Shown: positions 1 through 8,704 of the stretch, piece by piece | Layout: every line of letters starts with the position of its first letter | How positions within the stretch are numbered: position 1 is the stretch's first letter | Virus genome (UHGV): UHGV-0069047 | Length of the DNA: 40,276 nucleotides | Strand: one strand, 5' to 3' | Source: a virus | Program-made: the position numbers and the translations under genes | The notes under the pieces: generated by a model | The model's input: only the letters and a program-made list of their open reading frames with translations | What the model was told of the DNA's origin: nothing | Databases searched by the model: none

Positions 1-49
1 TTAATGTAAGTACCGTCCACAGCGTGGGACATACTTCAAGGAACCTTTT

Positions 50-241
50 GTGAGTCAGGCAACCAGTATGCGAAAACGACACCGATTTAACAGTCGCATG
101 ACCCGTATCGTACTGCTCATCAGCTTTATCTTCTTCTTTGGCCGTTTTATCTACTCGTCCGTCGGTGCCTGGCAGCACCATCAGAGCAAAAAAGAAGCTC
201 AGCAATCCACACTCTCCGTCGAATCACCGGTACAACGTTAG
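50..241 (+). CDS. possible small membrane protein (63 aa), origin uncertain
   Basis: ORF with one hydrophobic helix (IVLLISFIFFFGRFIY); non-ATG start; no family recognised. Confidence 0.2.
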   Translation: MSQATSMRKRHRFNSRMTRIVLLISFIFFFGRFIYSSVGAWQHHQSKKEAQQSTLSVESPVQR

Positions 242-551
242 CGGTTACCTTCTCCACTTTCACAGAACATAACGGCACTTCGCTGTCGGATGCTTTTGCT
301 GTTTGGGATTATCAAAGCGGCAGATATTCTTTCATCTTAAATTTTACGTCTTTATCCTGACTGATGTTTATCCTGTTTGGCTGCGAAATAAATATAAAAT
401 TAATATATATGTTGTGATGATATATTTTTATAAATTATTCCCTGCGTGAATTTTAATAAATTTAATCTATCCCTTTATACGCAATACATTTACTTTCCTC
501 TTTTGATGATCTTAAATGTCTTATTTTTCGTAATGTGTATAACAAGGAATA

Positions 552-1070
552 GTGATGAAATTTAAAAAATGTCTTCTGCCTGTGGCAATGTTAGCGTCAT
601 TCACTCTGGCAGGATGCCAGTCAAATGCTGACGATCATGCTGCCGATGTTTATCAAACCGATCAACTGAATACCAAACAAGAAACTAAAACCGTTAATAT
701 TATTTCCATTCTTCCCGCAAAAGTTGCCGTAGACAACTCCCAAAATAAACGGAACGCACAAGCCTTCGGCGCGCTTATTGGCGCAGTCGCTGGCGGTGTT
801 ATCGGCCACAACGTCGGGTCTGGCAGCAATTCCGGAACGACGGCAGGTGCAGTTGGCGGCGGAGCTGTAGGCGCGGCAGCGGGTTCTATGGTGAATGATA
901 AAACCTTAGTGGAAGGTGTTTCTTTAACCTATAAGGAAGGCACCAAAGTGTATACCTCTACCCAGGTGGGTAAAGAGTGCCAGTTTACGACAGGTTTAGC
1001 CGTTGTTATTACCACGACGTATAACGAAACGCGTATTCAGCCAAATACCAAATGTCCTGAAAAGAGCTAA
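552..1070 (+). CDS. lipoprotein with glycine-zipper region
   Basis: Signal peptide plus lipobox (LAGC), Gly/Ala-rich zipper (GAVAGGVIGHNVG); AT-rich upstream region. Confidence 0.55.
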   Translation: MMKFKKCLLPVAMLASFTLAGCQSNADDHAADVYQTDQLNTKQETKTVNIISILPAKVAVDNSQNKRNAQAFGALIGAVAGGVIGHNVGSGSNSGTTAGAVGGGAVGAAAGSMVNDKTLVEGVSLTYKEGTKVYTSTQVGKECQFTTGLAVVITTTYNETRIQPNTKCPEKS

Positions 1071-1085
1071 TAATCAGGAGGAGTC

Positions 1086-1625
1086 ATGAAGAAAGTTTTT
1101 CTTTGCGCCATCTTAGCCTCCTTAAGCTATCCGGCTATCGCCTCATCATTGCAGGATCAACTCTCTGCTGTCGCAGAAGCGGAACAGCAAGGTAAAAATG
1201 AAGAGCAAAGGCAGCATGACGAATGGGTCGCGGAGCGCAACAGGGAAATCCAGCAAGAGAAGCAACGTCGCGCAAATGCCCAGGCCGCCGCTAACAAAAG
1301 AGCGGCAACGGCAGCGGCAAATAAGAAAGCTCGTCAGGATAAACTGGACGCCGAAGCCTCTGCGGACAAAAAACGCGATCAAAGTTATGAAGATGAGCTA
1401 CGCAGCTTAGAGATTCAGAAACAAAAACTGGCGCTGGCGAAAGAAGAAGCCCGCGTTAAGCGAGAAAACGAATTTATCGATCAGGAACTGAAGCACAAAG
1501 CTGCGCAAACCGATGTGGTGCAATCTGAAGCTGACGCCAACAGAAATATGACTGAAGGCGGTCGCGATCTGATGAAAAGCGTGGGCAAAGCAGAAGAGAA
1601 CAAATCGGACAGCTGGTTTAATTAA
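1086..1625 (+). CDS. secreted Lys/Ala/Glu-rich coiled-coil protein
   Basis: N-terminal signal peptide, low-complexity charged helical body; SD GGAGGAG before ATG. Confidence 0.5.
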   Translation: MKKVFLCAILASLSYPAIASSLQDQLSAVAEAEQQGKNEEQRQHDEWVAERNREIQQEKQRRANAQAAANKRAATAAANKKARQDKLDAEASADKKRDQSYEDELRSLEIQKQKLALAKEEARVKRENEFIDQELKHKAAQTDVVQSEADANRNMTEGGRDLMKSVGKAEENKSDSWFN

Positions 1626-1664
1626 TCGATGTTAGTAACTTCAATCCTATAATTCTTGAAGATA

Positions 1665-1696
1665 AAAAACCCTCTGTAGTAACAGAGGGTTTTGTT
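1665..1696. terminator. rho-independent terminator (A-run, hairpin, T-run)
   Basis: ACCCTCTG-tagtaa-CAGAGGGT followed by TTTTGTT, just after the 1086..1625 gene. Confidence 0.6.
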
Positions 1697-1819
1697 CATT
1701 CATAGTGCAGGGTCAAATCATTCCCACTCAATTATTTACGACATACATAACCAATTGACTGATAACAACTTTCTGCAGCCTGATTTTCACCGTACCGTTT
1801 TATATACCGTCACCGAAAA

Positions 1820-2317
1820 TCAGTACCACGATTTTTGCTTCTTCAGTGAATCGTATTGCTGTTCGCAGGATTCTCCTGCAATCCGATACTTTTCAGCCTC
1901 AGCTGCTGTTGCGTTGTAAACTCGGTTGCTTTCTTCAAGCATGTCGGCGAGCACACCGATGACCTTGCTGGCTGGCGTGCCAGTGGGGAAAGATCCGGTA
2001 TAGTGTTCGGCGAGTCGCTTGGTTTTGTCAAGCTCGGCGCGCATGCTGTCAGCAGCGGCATTAGCATGCTCAGCATCAACACGCGCCACATCGATACGGG
2101 ATTGTGCTTCACGTTCAATTTGTGTTTTCTCCTGATCACGTTGTGACCTGGCCTTATCATCAGCCTGTTTCTGATCTTCCTGTGCCTGCGCATACCCGGC
2201 GTCGTACTGACGACTGCCGTGTGCATTCCAGGCTACAACTCCTGATATGACCAGAACAGCAAGCATCGCCATGATAACCAACTGTTTCCAGTATGCTTTT
2301 GCGAATGCCCAGATCAT
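1820..2317 (-). CDS. Rz-like i-spanin
   Basis: N-terminal TM helix then charged coiled-coil; start overlaps endolysin stop (ATGA); last gene of lysis cassette. Confidence 0.6.
   Translation of the reverse strand: MIWAFAKAYWKQLVIMAMLAVLVISGVVAWNAHGSRQYDAGYAQAQEDQKQADDKARSQRDQEKTQIEREAQSRIDVARVDAEHANAAADSMRAELDKTKRLAEHYTGSFPTGTPASKVIGVLADMLEESNRVYNATAAEAEKYRIAGESCEQQYDSLKKQKSWY
1843..2091 (-). CDS. Rz1-like o-spanin embedded out of frame in Rz
   Basis: Alternative frame inside Rz encodes lipobox LLTAC followed by Pro-rich mature peptide; start (M46, M51 or M54) uncertain. Confidence 0.45.
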   Translation of the reverse strand: MWRVLMLSMLMPLLTACAPSLTKPSDSPNTIPDLSPLARQPARSSVCSPTCLKKATEFTTQQQLRLKSIGLQENPANSNTIH

Positions 2318-2943
2318 ACCGCCAGCACCTTACTGGCAGTGATGTATCGCGCGCGCCGGTCATCAATGCCGTTCCGGCCACCATTGATAAGCAGAGTTAC
2401 ACGTGCAATATCTCCGGTATACTTCATGCAGCCTTTGCTGGAGAAGAACCACGCCGCGCTTCGAGCCGCGTATTCGTCCTGCGCCAGCAGTTCAGGATTT
2501 TCCAGCAGGTCCACTTTCAGGCCGTTTCCACAGTCACGATAGTTATTCAAACCGGTAATCTGGATAAGTCCGCGCCCACGGTAGTTCCAGCCATCGCCAG
2601 GAGCATTGTTGCCCATGCGTTTGCTGTACACCAGATTGGCAATCGCTCTCTGGCGCTCAGGTGGCAATGGTGGTTCGCCTGCGCGTCGCCCCAATGCGTT
2701 GGCCTGTCCCTGAGTGAGACGCCCAGCCCGAACAAAGTTAGCCAGTCCGCTGACGCTGTAGTTGAAATTTTCCTGCAACCGGGTGAAACCTCCAGACTCA
2801 TGCCCGACCTGAGCAATAAACATTGCCTGATCTTCTGGTTTGCTGATACCAAACTCTTTCATCGCAGAAGTTATATGCGAGAACCAGCGTGCGGCCAGCG
2901 CCTCGCTAATACCAGCAGCTCGCTGGAATTGTTTAATCTCCAT
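2314..2943 (-). CDS. endolysin, GH19 chitinase-like lysozyme
   Basis: Motifs QVGHESGGF and [12 protein letters not shown]; start taken at internal Met MEIKQF with SD GAGG. Confidence 0.75.
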   Translation of the reverse strand: MEIKQFQRAAGISEALAARWFSHITSAMKEFGISKPEDQAMFIAQVGHESGGFTRLQENFNYSVSGLANFVRAGRLTQGQANALGRRAGEPPLPPERQRAIANLVYSKRMGNNAPGDGWNYRGRGLIQITGLNNYRDCGNGLKVDLLENPELLAQDEYAARSAAWFFSSKGCMKYTGDIARVTLLINGGRNGIDDRRARYITASKVLAV

Positions 2944-3241
2944 GTTTAGACCTCGATACTTTGAAAATTTGAACGACGTTACCGCGCGTTTTAATAACCG
3001 CAGCGAGCATGACAGCGTTGATAATGACCTCAGATAAATCCACAGCCATTGGCGTGCGGAACCAGATTGCATAGGCAACACGAACCGGAATACTGGCCGC
3101 AGCAACAATCAGGAAATAAGCAAGCCATCCTCCCCACCTTCGGTGTTGAGAGCCGTTACGCCGGAATGTGACAACGCGAATTGCTATGCCAGTGCAAATA
3201 ACTGCATTGGTGATAAGCAAAACAAGCTCATTAGTTACCAT
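2933..3241 (-). CDS. holin-like membrane protein
   Basis: About 100 aa with 2-3 hydrophobic helices, directly upstream of endolysin. Confidence 0.45.
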   Translation of the reverse strand: MVTNELVLLITNAVICTGIAIRVVTFRRNGSQHRRWGGWLAYFLIVAAASIPVRVAYAIWFRTPMAVDLSEVIINAVMLAAVIKTRGNVVQIFKVSRSKHGD

Positions 3242-3641
3242 CGTCTTTTCTCCCCGGAATTAACTCGCGTGGATTATCGGAATGGTGATAGAGCCAGATG
3301 CCAATGCGCACTGCGACTATTGCTGACACGAATGCGCCAGCAGAGAAGACGATCCCTTTCTCGAAAGAGTCCTGAGTGATGGTAGGGATCAGGCTGGCAA
3401 AGCCGATAAGGATCGACGCTGTGGGTTTATAGAAGAGAAGGCCGCAGAGGAAGCTGAGCAGGGACAGGAGAACCCGGCGACGTATTGGATACTCAACTGC
3501 CGAGGTAACAAAAATTACCGCACCAGCGAGTGAGCCTAACGCCACTTCTGGCGGGACGCCAGCGATAACAGCCGCCAGAGAACCCATACTAAGCCATTGA
3601 TTTAATGATTCACTGGTTAATCCGGCTGACATATTAACCAC
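3231..3641 (-). CDS. holin-like membrane protein (holin or antiholin)
   Basis: Multi-TM small protein, first gene of lysis cassette. Confidence 0.45.
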   Translation of the reverse strand: MVNMSAGLTSESLNQWLSMGSLAAVIAGVPPEVALGSLAGAVIFVTSAVEYPIRRRVLLSLLSFLCGLLFYKPTASILIGFASLIPTITQDSFEKGIVFSAGAFVSAIVAVRIGIWLYHHSDNPRELIPGRKDDGN

Positions 3642-3729
3642 CGTTTATTGTGCATAAAAACCCCCTTAGAAGATGAGGTCCATCATACACAATAAACCAT
3701 TTACGGATAATAATTACCTAAATTTGGTC

Positions 3730-6381
3730 TTATTTTGATTCCAATAGTTCGAGTCGCTCTTCAATACGATCGCATCGACGGCGCTGATATGCAGCCTCAA
3801 GCCAAGCGCACTGGTCAGGCCGTATACCCCATGAACTACCCGCTTTTTTAACCAGCCTCTGTTCTCCGGTGTCATATTCGACGGTGACCAACTCACCAGA
3901 CGTATCGGTAATCTCTTTAGTCGCGATTACCGGCTCAAAAATATCATCCCACTCGTCATAGCAAAGAAGGCCAAATCTGGTTCCATCAATTCCGTGCGCC
4001 AAGAATACATCCCTTACCTGCTGAGCCATGACGCCAAAATGCCATCTGGCACCATCGCCCTTCATGGATATAGCGTCGAGCCATCGATACGCCACAACAG
4101 AAATATCGCCCCAGGCATCAAGAATGCTGTCTCTATCAGAAGAAAGCATTTCACTTAAATCTGATATTGCCTCGGGATTGGTTTTCAGCGTGGCATCTGA
4201 TGAAACGGTTGGGGCATTTGCAAAGTAGGCGTCTTTAATACGAAACGATGCCTGACCAAAATTATAGGTATTGTCAGCAAACGGGCGAAGACCTGTATCA
4301 TAAAACCGCCAGCGTATGGTTCCTCCCAATGCTGTCGGGTCGCTGTTGCATGCAATATCCACCGTGGTGGCAGACCTAAACACAGAAGAACTACCGCCCA
4401 ATACCAAGCTATTTGCGCTAGCTGTAGCCTGCTGGTCAAGGACCAATATTTTCTGAGAGTTTGTAGTTGCACCGGCATATGATGATGCAGTGATGCGGTT
4501 TAATTGGTTTGTATCAGGATCTGCGTTTTGCTGAATGGTTAAGTTAGATGCCCACTGTGCCGGTCGCTGGCGCACAAATACAAAGTCACCAGAAGGATTA
4601 GTTGCAACCAAATAACTAATGCCACTATCAGATGAATAATAGTTGACTATAAAAGTCTGATTATTCGCATTCAGTATTTCAACATATGTGCTGGAAGGGA
4701 TTGCCACGCCAGATATATCAGCAATGCTGACAGTCCCTGTGTAAAAATTAAATGCCTTCTGACTCATCTCCTGCATATAGCGAAGAATTTCAGTCATGTT
4801 AGTGAACAACGTACCATCTACAGGGTTAACAATCCCCTTCGCACTACGGGGATATACCCCAATGCTCGCGTGATCGATATCAAATCCGCGGTAAAGCCTG
4901 GATGCAGGTGTAAAATCGATAGCATCTTTATCAGTGGAGAAATCTTCGAAAATAACCAAACCTGAATTGTAAGGTTCAGAGCCAGTTCTTTCCTGATGAA
5001 TGTAAAGTGAATAAATGGATTTTCCATCCTGAGAAACACAAACGCCTTCATTTTCTATGCGAGTGACGTTCAATCCTGCGGCTTTCATTAAATCCATCAT
5101 GGCCTGAGGATGAAGCATTGATTCAGTTCGCTTTGTACCGTCAGGGTTAAAAACTTTGCTGCCCTGATATTCGTTATATCCTGCGCTTCCTGCCCCATCA
5201 GCTATGAAGCCGCCATAGCCGCAGACAAAGTAGTTATCACCTACCGCAATACCCTGACGCTTGTTGAAATAAGGCGCATAAGGTGAGGTGCTTTTAGTTA
5301 CATACCCAACATCATGTAACGGCAGCGTTATAGTTGACAGGCGATTGAAACCACTGTCGAACACTGCAAGTACAGTTCTTGTGATTTTCTGTCCTACTTC
5401 TGGCGCATTCTGCTCAACGAGCCATATACCTCTTCTGTAGCTGAACTGGTTGAATAATCCAACATCATGGTTTTGTACAAGAGGCAGATTGCTTCCGTAT
5501 AATGCCCCCTCCATATTAAATTCACGCAGTATTCCGTTTGTGTGACCAACAAACATTTTTTTGGGGCCATAGTCTGACGTAACCACGATTCCTTCAGCAG
5601 CGAAGCCTGGGCCGCCAGCCTGAACATAGAAATAACCTTGATAAATACCAGATATGTTAAATACTGCGACGACATTATTCGTCTGTTTAGGCTCAAATGG
5701 ATAAGTGATGTATATCAAATCTTCGCTAACGCAGAATCCTTGAGGATACATATAAGTTGCTGACGGGTTAGCAGCCATAATCGCATCATATTCAGGAAAA
5801 AGAAGCGGCATCGTAGCTACAATCTTTCTTTGGTGATTTGTAAAAATATCGTTTTTAGCGCTGTTAGGTGTAGGCGTTACACCTCCAGTAAAAAGATCAT
5901 CAACATAACCTTTATTGACAGCATCGTTTCTGTCAGTGGCATTTGCTAGATTTGATATCTTATTATTTTTTGCATCATAATAGTTAGCCAGAATGCTTGG
6001 TTTTATAAGTGCTAACCTCATCCATGAAAAACACTTTTGAATAAGCATTGTCAGTTTATCGAACGCGTCTTCATGTACCTCAGCGAAGAACTTACCCTGA
6101 TTACGCAAATCAGTATCCTGCGTAACCGGGATCTCTCGTGATATAGAAATATGATAACCGTTAGCCAACGCCTTCGACAGAATTACATTACCGCCATTAT
6201 ATCCTCCAGCATTGGTTACTGTGTAGTCAGTATCCAGAACCAATTCTGTTACGTTCCCGTTCAGGTCAGACACCTGAACAACCAGGTCTGATTTTCTGAA
6301 AATTCGAAAAGTATACGGAAACGATGTCGTAACGCCGTTACCTGTGTATTCGTTGTGGTCAACTTCGGTTGAGACCGTCAT
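3730..6381 (-). CDS. tailspike with C-terminal intramolecular chaperone (peptidase S74-like) domain
   Basis: 883 aa; conserved tail-fibre-like N-terminus; C-terminal block (SDRDSILDAWGD...GIRPDQCAWLEAAYQRRR) resembles the autoproteolytic chaperone domain of endosialidase-type spikes. Confidence 0.75.
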   Translation of the reverse strand: MTVSTEVDHNEYTGNGVTTSFPYTFRIFRKSDLVVQVSDLNGNVTELVLDTDYTVTNAGGYNGGNVILSKALANGYHISISREIPVTQDTDLRNQGKFFAEVHEDAFDKLTMLIQKCFSWMRLALIKPSILANYYDAKNNKISNLANATDRNDAVNKGYVDDLFTGGVTPTPNSAKNDIFTNHQRKIVATMPLLFPEYDAIMAANPSATYMYPQGFCVSEDLIYITYPFEPKQTNNVVAVFNISGIYQGYFYVQAGGPGFAAEGIVVTSDYGPKKMFVGHTNGILREFNMEGALYGSNLPLVQNHDVGLFNQFSYRRGIWLVEQNAPEVGQKITRTVLAVFDSGFNRLSTITLPLHDVGYVTKSTSPYAPYFNKRQGIAVGDNYFVCGYGGFIADGAGSAGYNEYQGSKVFNPDGTKRTESMLHPQAMMDLMKAAGLNVTRIENEGVCVSQDGKSIYSLYIHQERTGSEPYNSGLVIFEDFSTDKDAIDFTPASRLYRGFDIDHASIGVYPRSAKGIVNPVDGTLFTNMTEILRYMQEMSQKAFNFYTGTVSIADISGVAIPSSTYVEILNANNQTFIVNYYSSDSGISYLVATNPSGDFVFVRQRPAQWASNLTIQQNADPDTNQLNRITASSYAGATTNSQKILVLDQQATASANSLVLGGSSSVFRSATTVDIACNSDPTALGGTIRWRFYDTGLRPFADNTYNFGQASFRIKDAYFANAPTVSSDATLKTNPEAISDLSEMLSSDRDSILDAWGDISVVAYRWLDAISMKGDGARWHFGVMAQQVRDVFLAHGIDGTRFGLLCYDEWDDIFEPVIATKEITDTSGELVTVEYDTGEQRLVKKAGSSWGIRPDQCAWLEAAYQRRRCDRIEERLELLESK

Positions 6382-6485
6382 GTTAAATCTCCAGATAGTC
6401 GCAGCACCCGTTGCGCCGCATATCTGGTTATTCTATTACCCAAAAAACCATATATGGATAGAAAGACTGTGAATATGAATAGATA

Positions 6486-6500
6486 TTACCTTTCAGGTAA
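6486..6500. promoter_or_regulatory. operator-like palindrome TTACC-TTTCA-GGTAA
   Basis: Perfect 5-N5-5 inverted repeat, intergenic. Confidence 0.5.
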
Positions 6501-6537
6501 TTTGCAAAACGTGCTGGATAGCAAACAAATTATTTGC

Positions 6538-6557
6538 TACTGTATAAATATACAGTT
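6538..6557 (+). promoter_or_regulatory. LexA (SOS) box upstream of antirepressor module
   Basis: TACTGTATAAATATACAGTT matches CTGT-N8-ACAG with AT-rich spacer, 5 nt before the first ATG. Confidence 0.6.
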
Positions 6558-6577
6558 ATTGCATGGAGAAGATTAAG

Positions 6578-6835
6578 ATGCAGCAGTATAACTATCCACT
6601 GGAAGACGGATTTACCGAAAGGATTCACACGCCGGGAGGCGTCAGGTCACTGGTGGAGGGATCGCACTTGATGAAATTACTCCGGGATCTCGATAAGGAT
6701 GGATTTAATGTCGATGGCCCACTTGCCGAACTGACTGCACTGATTAACTACGTCACCAGCTCACAGATGTCTATGCAGGATCTGCAAACACATCTCGACT
6801 ATTGTGCCGAACAATTACGAAAGCAAACCAGATAA
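6578..6835 (+). CDS. small protein homologous to the C-terminal domain of the adjacent antirepressor
   Basis: Aligns with the C-terminal ~70 aa of the 7153..7809 product; SD GGAGAAG before ATG 6578. Confidence 0.45.
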   Translation: MQQYNYPLEDGFTERIHTPGGVRSLVEGSHLMKLLRDLDKDGFNVDGPLAELTALINYVTSSQMSMQDLQTHLDYCAEQLRKQTR

Positions 6836-6866
6836 GGTTTGCAATTACCAAGTGGAGTGCTTATAT

Positions 6867-6881
6867 TTACCTTTGCGGTAA
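6867..6881. promoter_or_regulatory. operator-like palindrome TTACC-TTTGC-GGTAA
   Basis: Perfect inverted repeat, upstream of antirepressor gene. Confidence 0.45.
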
Positions 6882-6972
6882 ATTTACATCGCACTCCTCT
6901 TGTGCCATAGTAATCAGGCACTGGCAAAATCCAGTGCCGGGATTGGTCTCCCGGATTACTAAGTGGCGCATA

Positions 6973-6995
6973 CCACGCCAGACGTGGTTTTTTTA
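6973..6995 (+). terminator. rho-independent terminator
   Basis: CCACG-ccaga-CGTGG followed by TTTTTTTT. Confidence 0.55.
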
Positions 6996-7152
6996 TGCGT
7001 ATAGCACAGTCATGCCAGAATTATGGTGGGCTGAATGGGGGTCCGAAAGGACGCCGGTACCACTTAGGCCGGTAAGACCAACTCCGTTCAGTTCACCACC
7101 ATCTGATTGGTCTCAGCGGTGGTGATGTAATTCGCTAAGTGGAGACGCCATC

Positions 7153-7809
7153 ATGAACGCTCAACTCATCCCCGTATTCAACGGCACTATATCTAACGAA
7201 ACAGCCCTACTTTGTAATGCCCGCGATCTGCACGCTTTTTTAGGTGTTAAAAAGGTGTTTGCAGCATGGATTACAAATCGCATTTCAGAATACGAATTCA
7301 TTGAAAATCAAGACTATATTTTGCTTTCCAATTTGGGAAAGCAAACATCTGGTAGAGGCGGACACAACCGCAAAGAGTACCACCTCACCCTTGATACAGC
7401 CAAAGAGCTGGCGATGGTCGAGCGTAACGAAAAAGGTCGCCAGGTGCGACGCTACTTCATTGAATGCGAGAAACGTTTAAGACAACAAGAAACAAAAGTG
7501 GAGAAGGTCTTGTCAGGCTTCATGCCCGCCATTATGGAGGCGATCAAGCTGGAAGACAAAAAAGAATACAGTGCACCGCTGAAGCCCGGCTACCGGAGCC
7601 TGATTCATTCGCCGTCTGGTGTTCTCGGCCTGACGGAGAACTCACTGCTGATGAATTTGCTGAACCAGTTACAGGAAGACGGGCATGACGTATCGGGCGC
7701 GGCGGCGGAACTGACCACCATGTTCTGCTACATCGTTGGTGTGAGCAAATGCCTGCGTGATATCCAGACTCACGCGGAGTACATCAACGACAAAGCAGGA
7801 TTCTTCTGA
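7153..7809 (+). CDS. antirepressor (AntA-type N-terminal domain)
   Basis: N-terminal block (IPVFNGT...[10 protein letters not shown]...[32 protein letters not shown]) matches the AntA/AntB antirepressor domain as I recall it; SD GGAGACG. Confidence 0.65.
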   Translation: MNAQLIPVFNGTISNETALLCNARDLHAFLGVKKVFAAWITNRISEYEFIENQDYILLSNLGKQTSGRGGHNRKEYHLTLDTAKELAMVERNEKGRQVRRYFIECEKRLRQQETKVEKVLSGFMPAIMEAIKLEDKKEYSAPLKPGYRSLIHSPSGVLGLTENSLLMNLLNQLQEDGHDVSGAAAELTTMFCYIVGVSKCLRDIQTHAEYINDKAGFF

Positions 7810-7853
7810 CTAGCGGCGGCACAGGGATGTGCCTTTAAATAATTCTGTACAGA

Positions 7854-7896
7854 TTGCAGACTGGGGGTGAATAGAGTACTATTACCCCAAAGGTAA
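7854..7896 (+). promoter_or_regulatory. sigma70-like promoter (TTGCAG-17-TACTAT) overlapped by operator TTACC-CCAAA-GGTAA
   Basis: -35 at 7854-7859, -10 at 7877-7882, palindrome at 7882-7896, strong SD GAGGGGG follows. Confidence 0.5.
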
Positions 7897-7922
7897 ACCG
7901 AGAGTTTACATGAGGGGGAAAC

Positions 7923-8111
7923 ATGGAAATCAACATCATTACATTGCTGAAGGCCATTATTGGCGGAGCGGGCTTAGGCTTTGCCCTACCAGGCGGATTA
8001 TCTTTCCTGCTTCCTGCTTTTACTGTTACAGCTGGGATAGCCTATGCATTTGCTGTGGCTGGTGCTGTTGCACTCCCTGCTATCTATGCCGCAAAGAAGT
8101 TAGCCAACTAA
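7923..8111 (+). CDS. small hydrophobic membrane peptide (62 aa)
   Basis: Strong SD; Gly/Ala-rich, two predicted TM helices. Confidence 0.5.
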   Translation: MEINIITLLKAIIGGAGLGFALPGGLSFLLPAFTVTAGIAYAFAVAGAVALPAIYAAKKLAN

Positions 8112-8112
8112 A

Positions 8113-8445
8113 ATGCCTGATTTATCTTGGCTTGCGCCCAGAGATGCACAGCAATTGACAAGGTTTTATTTCATACTGTGCATTGCTTATCTTGCTGTTC
8201 ATCTGATATGGGATGCCGTTTGCAAAGATACGCCTCCTTTTTCTTTGGATAAGTTGCAATACAAGATGAATGAGGTTTATTCATCATCTACTTTTGCAAC
8301 CAGCGCATTCTTCATTGTTATTCTGTTCGATATGAAGAATCCACTGAGAACTTCAGATGCTTTCATATTCCCATTAATTATTGCTGCTCTAACTGGCTTT
8401 ATGATCTCATTATCAGCAATAGTGCCAAAGAAAGTAAATAACTGA
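8113..8445 (+). CDS. membrane protein (110 aa)
   Basis: ATG 1 nt after upstream stop; three hydrophobic helices; terminator follows. Confidence 0.5.
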   Translation: MPDLSWLAPRDAQQLTRFYFILCIAYLAVHLIWDAVCKDTPPFSLDKLQYKMNEVYSSSTFATSAFFIVILFDMKNPLRTSDAFIFPLIIAALTGFMISLSAIVPKKVNN

Positions 8446-8448
8446 ATA

Positions 8449-8470
8449 AGCCCGCGTTGCGGGCTTTTTT
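8449..8470 (+). terminator. rho-independent terminator
   Basis: AGCCCGC-gttg-CGGGCT followed by TTTTTT. Confidence 0.65.
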
Positions 8471-8542
8471 ATGGACGAAACAAAAGTCAGTGCTACACTC
8501 ATTGACGCCACATTGAGGTGGCTTATAGATGGAAATGTCACA

Positions 8543-8704
8543 ATGAAAAAAGCATTTGCTGCACTGTTCGTTTTGTTGTCTCTGGTAGCTTCAACTCAGG
8601 CCTTTGCCGGTCGTTGTCAGCACGACAGCGATACTGCCGCTGACGGCTCCCGCTGCGGTGGGCGTTCTGCGGATTCCCGCCCGGGCGGCGGTGGCATTCG
8701 TTAA
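8543..8704 (+). CDS. small secreted peptide (53 aa precursor, 2 Cys)
   Basis: Signal peptide MKKAFAALFVLLSLVASTQAFA then Gly/Arg/Cys-rich 30-aa tail; start at internal ATG 8543. Confidence 0.4.
   Translation: MKKAFAALFVLLSLVASTQAFAGRCQHDSDTAADGSRCGGRSADSRPGGGGIR

Noticed and set aside
2944-3108. N-terminal 55-aa extension of the endolysin ORF
   Set aside because: Extension overlaps the upstream holin-like gene in another frame and lacks an SD; the internal Met at 2943 has a GAGG SD and begins the conserved lysozyme domain.
6802-7125. 107-aa ORF spanning the structured region before ant
   Set aside because: No SD, Trp/Arg/Pro-rich improbable composition, overlaps hairpins and a terminator.
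7838-7860. Possible LexA box around CTGTACAG upstream of the small membrane peptide operon
   Set aside because: Does not fit CTGT-N8-ACAG spacing; the only convincing SOS box in the window is at 6538-6557.
7923-8111. Double-glycine leader (MEINIITLLKAIIGG) suggesting a class II microcin precursor
   Set aside because: The first 15 residues are uniformly hydrophobic and lack the conserved acidic/amphipathic leader pattern; no peptidase-containing ABC exporter is nearby; more likely the first TM helix of a small membrane protein.
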